The notes beneath the pieces were generated by a model. It ran no database searches. It had not been told where the DNA came from and saw only the letters and a program-made list of their open reading frames with translations. 32,000 nt of DNA, from assembly GCF_000009045.1 (NCBI RefSeq), contig NC_000964.3:2640001-2672000 (forward strand), in the 5' to 3' direction. The stretch comes from Bacillus subtilis subsp. subtilis str. 168 (GTDB taxonomy: Bacteria; Bacillota; Bacilli; Bacillales; Bacillaceae). Each line of letters begins with the position of its first letter. Positions within the stretch are counted from its first letter, which is position 1. Below, piece by piece: positions 25,884-32,000 of the stretch. Both the position numbers and the translations under genes were made by a program.

Positions 25884-25919
25884 AAAAAAGGACAGCCGGA
25901 TCTTATGAGACGGCCGTCC
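25884..25919 (-). terminator. Strong hairpin plus U-run between yqxG and the holin gene
   Basis: The minus RNA reads GGACGGCCG-(12-nt loop containing the yqxG UAA)-CGGCUGUCC (9 bp including 1 G-U pair) followed by UUUUUUAUUU. Confidence 0.6.
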
Positions 25920-26796
25920 CTCTAACTGAAAAGTTTCCATTTGTTAAAGCTGTAAGCTCCATAACAATTTCTTTAAAGCCAGTAATGCTAAAAGACCAAG
26001 CTTCTGATTTTCCTTTTGTGCTAGTGGCAAACGTTCCGTCATCCACTTTCTGCCCTCTAAGGGCTCTTTTTGTTCCCGATAAGGATTTACCCCAGAACTT
26101 CAATTCACTTGTCTCAGCCGTCCCATAAACCTCAATGAGCAACGTTTTGAATGATCCAACGGTGAATGGGTTACCCTCACCTATGGTTTCTGTTTTATCG
26201 TGAAAGACAATATCCATTGTTTTTGATTGAGTGTCTAATGAGCTAAGATTCAAGCCTTCAGTTTGAACTTTTAAACGACCATCATTAGTTAACCCGCTTT
26301 TATCTAACTGGACTGAGAACGGAGCAACTGCTGTAATAGGAACAGTATGGTTAATGTTTATATCCTCTTCACCTGCGCCCAATGACTGGTAAAGTAAGAA
26401 TTCAGATTGCTGCAGGTTACCATTTGCGTATCTGAAACGGAAATATCGTTTAGTTAAATGAATCCACTCAGTCTCGCCAAGCGTATTTGCTTTAACAACC
26501 AATGAAGAGATTGTGGTCCATGAATTCATATCGTTACTTTCTTCAATGAATAAGGTACCTTCACGATCAGAATAAGCGTGACCTTTTACTTTTGAAATTA
26601 AAACCTGACCTAATCGATCTTGTCCATATTGCGTGTAGACTTCAGTGGCTTTTAAAACTGCGTTCGTCAGCAGCTCTGAATTACCGGAGATTGAAGCTAC
26701 CGGCACAACAAAATCTCTGTTTCCTTCTCTGTATGGCTTGGCTGCCCCCGGCTTACCAGTTGCATCTGTTGAAAATTGAAAACTATATGATGCCAT
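25903..26796 (-). CDS. yqxG: XepA-like PBSX-type prophage protein
   Basis: 297-aa ORF with SD AAGGAGGA. It sits between the tail-fibre genes and the holin, as xepA does in PBSX. Confidence 0.8.
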   Translation of the reverse strand: MASYSFQFSTDATGKPGAAKPYREGNRDFVVPVASISGNSELLTNAVLKATEVYTQYGQDRLGQVLISKVKGHAYSDREGTLFIEESNDMNSWTTISSLVVKANTLGETEWIHLTKRYFRFRYANGNLQQSEFLLYQSLGAGEEDININHTVPITAVAPFSVQLDKSGLTNDGRLKVQTEGLNLSSLDTQSKTMDIVFHDKTETIGEGNPFTVGSFKTLLIEVYGTAETSELKFWGKSLSGTKRALRGQKVDDGTFATSTKGKSEAWSFSITGFKEIVMELTALTNGNFSVRGTAVS

Positions 26797-26883
26797 TATA
26801 AATCCTCCTTGCTATTGTAGATCATTAGTGGTGAGCATGGGTTTACAACGGAACCACCTCCTTTAAGGAAAAATAAAAAAGCC

Positions 26884-27048
26884 CTAAATGGCTTCTCCTG
26901 TGATCTCTTTATACTGTTCAGCTGTAATGAGTTTTTTCTCTATTCCTTCCTGTAAATCTTCGGGCGAACAATCTTTGAGATGAATTGCCTGTTTCACCAT
27001 TTCAGAAGAAGCCCAGTTATAATGCAAAGCCAGCACCCAATAATTCAT
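26884..27048 (-). CDS. yqcE: XkdX-family small phage protein (54 aa)
   Basis: Below the track cutoff. ATG 27048 overlaps the yqcD stop (ATGA). Reads MNYWVLALHYNWASSEMVKQAIHLKDCSPEDLQEGIEKKLITAEQYKEITGEAI. Confidence 0.75.
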   Translation of the reverse strand: MNYWVLALHYNWASSEMVKQAIHLKDCSPEDLQEGIEKKLITAEQYKEITGEAI

Positions 27049-27380
27049 GAACCTTGCCCTCCTTGTAGAGTAAGCAGTTGCAACTTTATTTTTGAAAGCT
27101 CGCTTCCCAAAGTTTGGTTTAATTCTTCAAGCTGTTTACGAGCCAGTTTTTCCTGTGACAACTCTCTTGCAAGTAGATCCACTTGAACTGGTGGTTCATA
27201 TGCAGATGTACTCTGAAGCTCTTCCCACCAAGTTTTTAACTCTGCTTCCGTGGGTATAGGTGCCCTAATATTCCACTCTGCTATATATGAGGGAGTTCCA
27301 TCACCATTATTCTGGACAATAAAATCCTTTGTGGGATCAGCTGTTGGGTATTTAAAAAGAATAGCTTCACCTATATTCAT
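27045..27380 (-). CDS. yqcD: XkdW-like phage protein
   Basis: 111-aa ORF with SD AGGAGGTAA, sitting after the tail-fibre gene. Confidence 0.75.
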   Translation of the reverse strand: MNIGEAILFKYPTADPTKDFIVQNNGDGTPSYIAEWNIRAPIPTEAELKTWWEELQSTSAYEPPVQVDLLARELSQEKLARKQLEELNQTLGSELSKIKLQLLTLQGGQGS

Positions 27381-27389
27381 CGTTACCTC

Positions 27390-28490
27390 CTAAAATCTTG
27401 GATAGTTTCGGCCTCCAAGTTCTTGTATATCAAAAAAGTTAAATACACCATTTTTATCATCTACTGCCCTTTTCAGTGTTTCGTCTCCTCCGTAATTACA
27501 GTAGCACCAGATTTCAACGTAATCTCCTTTATTCATGGGTACAGTCGCATTGCCGTTTAAACCAAGATTCATCCCATTATCCTTTTCCTGAAAGTCTCCT
27601 CTTACATGGTGCAGTGTTTTATATGCTTTTCCATTTAGGTAAACCTTCAAATGAAAGTTTATATAAGATGTATAATTTAAGGTATATATACTTGCCCCGA
27701 TTAAGTACATTCCATCGTTCGGAGCAATAAATCGATTGTTTTTAGTATCAAAAGCATTATGGCTATCCTTGATGACCCTGTTAAATGCAATTTTAGTGTG
27801 ATCAATCTTTTTTAAATACTGAACACCTGTAGTTCCAATATTCGCATGAGCAAAACCTGATATCTTTTGCCACGGAGTCCAGCCTGAACCACTCCACCAG
27901 TGTCTAATCCAAACTCCTGTACTGTCATAGTAAGTCCCAGACTCATTCCCTGTTCCGTAAAAGTATTGAGTGAAACGGTAATTATTATATTTTTCATTTT
28001 TGACAATGCCATAACCCAAGGGGTAGCCTGTAGTATTTCCCTGCCCAATGTCCATTAAGGTCAGTCCTAAAGGATATTCTTCCCCTCCTGTTCTTGCATC
28101 TTGAATAGCATTGTCTCCAGTAATTAACGTCAGATTGTTATTTTTATAGTTGGTATCCACGTAATATTTTGCATCCGATAAAGCCTTATCCGCTTTTTCC
28201 TGAGCTCCGACAATTGTTTCTTTTGCATTCCAATTCTCCCGTTCCACTGGTGTAATGTGCCGTTGTAAATCATTACGATGCTCTTCAAATTCTTTTTTCG
28301 AAGCTTGCTGTACATTATCAACGTTCCCTAGCCCGATTTGCGCCTTTGTTGTATTGTGAGGGTTGTTCATGTCATTTTTATGTACAGCTAAATCTTTATG
28401 CGCATCTTGAATGCCTTTCTCCCAACGGTTCACATCATCTTCATTAATCGGATCGTCCGGGAGCCAATCTGTTTTTGCATCATAAGCCAT
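27390..28490 (-). CDS. yqcC: Tail fibre / receptor-binding protein (XkdV-like) with a C1q/TNF-like C-terminal domain
   Basis: 366 aa. It has a phage tail-fibre repeat (TKAQIGLGNVDNVQQAS). The C-terminal jelly-roll pattern reads FIAPNDGMYLIGASIY...HLKVYLNGKAY...MNKGDYVEIW. Confidence 0.8.
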   Translation of the reverse strand: MAYDAKTDWLPDDPINEDDVNRWEKGIQDAHKDLAVHKNDMNNPHNTTKAQIGLGNVDNVQQASKKEFEEHRNDLQRHITPVERENWNAKETIVGAQEKADKALSDAKYYVDTNYKNNNLTLITGDNAIQDARTGGEEYPLGLTLMDIGQGNTTGYPLGYGIVKNEKYNNYRFTQYFYGTGNESGTYYDSTGVWIRHWWSGSGWTPWQKISGFAHANIGTTGVQYLKKIDHTKIAFNRVIKDSHNAFDTKNNRFIAPNDGMYLIGASIYTLNYTSYINFHLKVYLNGKAYKTLHHVRGDFQEKDNGMNLGLNGNATVPMNKGDYVEIWCYCNYGGDETLKRAVDDKNGVFNFFDIQELGGRNYPRF

Positions 28491-28492
28491 TG

Positions 28493-28765
28493 TTAAACCA
28501 CCTCAAAAGTAATCCTAAAATCTAGCGTTCTATTATTACTAACGTCTAAATCTGTTGTTCTTTCCGTAATCACGTTGTTTTGATCATCAAGTATCTGAAC
28601 ACTCTTAATATGTTTGATGTCTTCCTCTCGTTGAGTAAGCACCGTGACAACGGCACCCTGAATGGTGAGTTCCACAATTTCTGTTTCATTTCCATTCAGC
28701 AGCACTTTCGATATTCTATTTTTCAAATCTGCAGCTGTACGCTCTCTATAAAGCTGTGTAATCAT
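28493..28765 (-). CDS. yqcB: Small phage tail-associated protein
   Basis: 90-aa ORF. Its ATG overlaps the yqcA stop (ATGA), with SD GAGGTGG. Confidence 0.7.
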
Positions 28766-29340
28766 ACAAGGACCACCTCGTTATTATTGAGCGTGACGGA
28801 ATAACCTACCTTTAGCTCACTTGCTTTTCGATACCTTCTGTTATTCAAAATGACAGTATCTTTTATTTGGAGTGGCTCATTCAAAGCAGCTCGCAAGGTA
28901 TATGCCAAATGAGCTGGCTTCATATTCTCCAATGTTTCTATGAGCTCGCTCATATGCTGCATATCATCTATATCAATATCAACCTTAAAACGGTACTCTC
29001 CGGGAAGCAGCCGAACCTGAGCTGACGGATTTTTCAGGAACCGGTTCAACGCGTGTTCAATGGCCCTATATGTTGCCGGCGGTATATTGGACATTTTAGA
29101 GATTAGGCGCAATCGGCGGATCTCATCGGTGTCACCTGATTCCCGCGGTACGTTCAAAATCTTTTCCCATCGTTCAAGCCCCCAGGTTGCCGTAGTAACA
29201 AACAGCTGATCTGTCAGATCAAAGATGCTGTTATTTTGCTTCTCAAATTCCGGAGCTTCCGCTTTAAGAAGTTCAGCCATTTCCTTTAACTTGGTAAGGA
29301 ACGGCGGCAGGTAAGCAGTCATTTCATCGAGTTTGCTCAA
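28762..29340 (-). CDS. yqcA: Baseplate/tail protein, XkdU-like (P2 gpI-like)
   Basis: 192-aa ORF. TTG 29340 is preceded by AGGTGA plus 6 nt. It overlaps the yqbT 3' end by 17 nt. Confidence 0.75.
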
Positions 29341-30370
29341 TGATGTTCACCTGCCCCAATTTAGGGATTTCGACGGCACTCAGAACCAAATTTTCGGCCA
29401 CGCCGTTGATTTTAATATCTGCGTAATCACTTACTGAAGGTGAATTGTAGACGATATTATTAATCTGCGATAAACGGATGACGTTATCTTCAAAGGCAAT
29501 CTTTTTAAAAAGATTTAAAACACCTGATTCAATTTCTTGCTTTACCTGATCGATAGAGCTATTGACCTCGGGAAGTACCTCGGCTGAAATCTCAACCTCT
29601 TTCCATACCGCACTCTCCACTGTGACAAAGGCACCTATTGGCGCTTGTCCCTCACCTTGTCCGGGTTCAGGATCAATATAGTTTTTCACCTTTGATATTA
29701 AAATATCGGAAGCAGGTTCCAAGTTAGCATTGGTCACGACAATTTTGACTGTACCGTCCCCGTTCCAAAGCGGAAAGACCTTTACCTTCCCCACTCCGTC
29801 TACTTCTTCAGCCCATTGTTTATAGTGTGCTTTATTGGCACTGACAGCTTCTCGACGCACGCGGGTAAAATATCTAGCTCTTAAACTGTCATCATCCTCT
29901 TCTTCACGTCCAGGAATCAGAATCTCTTTCACAATCGCTTTTTGAAGCCCAGGTATAGTGTCTAATGACAATAGATTCTGACCGGATATGTTTGCGTTCC
30001 CTGCTTCCCCCGCTGTTTCACACTCCAACGTCCCGTCAGCTGTGTATTGAAAATAAAGATTATCAACATAAAAGCGAGACCCTACAGGAATGGTCACGCC
30101 TTCAGTAAACTCCCCTGCCCTGACTGCTTTTGTGGCAGCAGTCCGCTCAATGCCTGCTTCAGTAGCTCGTCGATCTAAAAATTCCCCTTGGGCCGTGTCT
30201 GAGAAGACAAGTTCCAGAACAGTATCGAGCCAAATATAAGACTTGGCCAATTCTGCGGCTACAGGAGCTAACGCGTTATAAATCACGCTGCCTTCCCTTT
30301 TATCAATGTCCGCTGAAATGCTGTTCAACATTCGATCCATAATCGATTCATAGGTTTGATCTTCAAACAT
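29324..30370 (-). CDS. yqbT: Baseplate J-like protein (XkdT-like)
   Basis: ATG 30370 gives 348 aa starting [33 protein letters not shown]. It overlaps the yqbS stop by 8 nt. The track start at 30433 would lie inside yqbS. Confidence 0.85.
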
Positions 30371-30788
30371 CCTCGCCAAGCACCTCCTCGATCTCCAATG
30401 TTCCTTCGTCAGTCTCGACTGTAAAGGAGACACGGAACGATTCGCCTTGTTTTTCTATTTCAAAATCTGTAACAGCAGAAATCCGATCGTCATAGATCAG
30501 TGCTTCCTCTATCAGCCGAGGGATCTCCATTTTCTTATATGCGTCTGTTGTTTCGTTATCTGCCAGCACGTCTTGAAGTTCATTTCCAATGTCATGACTG
30601 TAAACAGAATATGCGTATCGCTCAGTATGGAGAGACAAATATACAAACTGCTTGATCGCTTCAAGGCCTGTGATGATTTCATTTGTGATACGGCCATTTT
30701 CAAAATCTATTTTGTAGGTTTGCGAGGTCTCTATGACTTCGCTGTCATCTTCTATATCCTCAAACTCGATTTCCGGAGACAAAGCCAT
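30363..30788 (-). CDS. yqbS: Baseplate protein, XkdS-like (gp25/W-like)
   Basis: ATG 30788 is preceded by AGGAGGTG plus 6 nt. Starts [15 protein letters not shown]... Confidence 0.78.
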
Positions 30789-30800
30789 TCCAAACACCTC

Positions 30801-31064
30801 CTATATTTTGTCGAGAATAAAAAATGATTGCCCGCCTTTTAAGGAGACAATCATCACACGCTCACCTGTATTTAATGCTTCTTCACCGGCCCGCAGCCGC
30901 TTTGGAACAATAATCAAATCAGCAGGTATTATTAATTTGTCATTTTCATTAAGCCTTATTTCAACAGGGGAAACGGAAACCACTTCAGCCGGTAGAATAT
31001 CCACTGGCGACTCAGAATCAACTGCACGGACAGCCAAATGTTTGATTGCTTCACTTAATCTCAT
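30801..31064 (-). CDS. yqbR: Small baseplate-module protein, XkdR-like
   Basis: 87-aa ORF. Its ATG overlaps the yqbQ stop (ATGA). Confidence 0.72.
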   Translation of the reverse strand: MRLSEAIKHLAVRAVDSESPVDILPAEVVSVSPVEIRLNENDKLIIPADLIIVPKRLRAGEEALNTGERVMIVSLKGGQSFFILDKI

Positions 31065-32000
31065 GAGGAAACACCATCAGGGATAGAATTTTTCTCAACC
31101 ACATCAATGGTCATCGTGTGTGTCGATCCTTTAAATTCGTGTTTGTCTGTATCGATCCAGTATGTTTTCTTAACCCCGACTTCCGGAATTGAGATATAGA
31201 TGGGCAACCCGCTCTGAAGATCCGGAATGCCAATCGCTTGAATACTCTTGAGTTCTTTTTTAACACCTTTTTTCTGTGCCTGTTTGACTTTCGCACGCTC
31301 CTGAAGCTGCGCCTGGTTAATGTTATCAGAAACCGTTTCGACATACTGAAGCACACCATATTTACTGATCCCTGAGCTGTCACTTGCAGTGGCTGTGTAT
31401 GTTTTATTGTCTTTCTGCCGGCGGAGCTTTACTTTTGTGGCCGTGTCATTAATTGAAGTGCTGTATTGATAGCCGGTGATGTTCACACCCGTCTCCAACA
31501 CCCATACTTCTGACAGATCTGGCCAAGCGCGAAGGCCAAGCTTCCCCTTCGCAGAATATAATTGATAATTCCTTCCGGTTTGGCTTTTCGTTTGTTTCAA
31601 GGCTTTTAGAATCATGTCATAAAGGCTCGTATCATCTTTAAACACTAATGATTTAATGGTGTAACCTGTATTTGCAATGGATGTAGTCGGAATCTGAAAA
31701 TCTCGCGCCAACCGTTTTATAATCTCGTCTGCACGTTGATTTGAGAAAACATAAACATCTTTGTTCTTGACCAAATATTGCAGCATATCATAAGCCGTAA
31801 AAGTCATCCAGTGTTCTTCCGGATTGCGAGAAAACACAATGCCCCGGAACAGTTCTTTGCCCTTCCACTTAAATAAAACTGTATCCCCTTCAGATACGCT
31901 GTAATATGAATGGGTTCCCTGTTTCGTAATGATCTTGGCCGTAATCGATCGCGGCGCCTGATACCGTTGCCCTTCGAGGGAAACACTTTCAGTTACCAGC
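31061..32000 (-). CDS. yqbQ: XkdQ-like baseplate hub/late-control-D-like protein (N-terminus outside the window)
   Basis: The track starts this ORF at GTG 31837. My hand translation shows the frame is open to base 32000 (...TAKIITKQGTHSYYSVSEGDTVLFKWKGKELFRGIVFSRNPEEHW...), so the gene is 5'-truncated by the window. Confidence 0.8.
   Translation of the reverse strand, partial: LVTESVSLEGQRYQAPRSITAKIITKQGTHSYYSVSEGDTVLFKWKGKELFRGIVFSRNPEEHWMTFTAYDMLQYLVKNKDVYVFSNQRADEIIKRLARDFQIPTTSIANTGYTIKSLVFKDDTSLYDMILKALKQTKSQTGRNYQLYSAKGKLGLRAWPDLSEVWVLETGVNITGYQYSTSINDTATKVKLRRQKDNKTYTATASDSSGISKYGVLQYVETVSDNINQAQLQERAKVKQAQKKGVKKELKSIQAIGIPDLQSGLPIYISIPEVGVKKTYWIDTDKHEFKGSTHTMTIDVVEKNSIPDGVSS

Larger units (their letters stand above)
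13338..32000. mobile_element. skin element (sigK-intervening, PBSX-like defective prophage); left end present, continues past the window
   Basis: The boundary is defined by the loss of sigK homology. A serine recombinase lies at the edge, followed by cargo islands (ars, rap-phr, LXG toxin) and then phage lysis, tail-fibre and baseplate genes. Confidence 0.9.

Noticed and set aside
31804-31986. 60-aa minus-strand ORF at the window end
   Set aside because: It is out of frame within yqbQ, whose own frame is open to base 32000.

Overview
This window reads as a Bacillus subtilis 168-type chromosome segment. Bases 1-13337 are core genome. They hold the 5' part of the comE competence operon (comEB partial, comEA) with divergent comER. 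Next comes the conserved yqeG-yqeH-aroE-yhbY-nadD-yqeK-rsfS-yqeM ribosome-assembly/NAD operon, then the replication-checkpoint gene sda with a DnaA-box cluster and a tiny membrane-peptide gene. These are followed by yqeF, the sporulation amidase cwlH, yqeD, yqeC, yqeB, nucB and the 5' half of sigK (spoIVCB). At 13337/13338 sigK is broken after ...CIENEI by the prophage-like skin element, which fills the rest of the window. The element carries the large serine recombinase spoIVCA, an arsR-yqcK-arsB(ACR3)-arsC arsenic island, yqcI and the rapE-phrE quorum cassette. It also carries a frameshifted ORF, the LXG nuclease toxin/immunity pair yqcG-yqcF, and yqxI-yqxJ. Its last part is the distal end of a PBSX-like defective-phage late operon: yqbQ to yqcE tail/baseplate genes, xepA-like yqxG, holin yqxH and endolysin cwlA. 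I saw no rRNA, tRNA or CRISPR array. I do not see a wholly new multi-gene system. The least explained pieces are yqxI-yqxJ with a palindromic operator, the frameshifted ORF 5' of yqcG, yqcI, and a ~330-bp structured non-coding stretch 5' of rapE. All identifications come from reading translations and motifs and from memory of the families; no searches were run.
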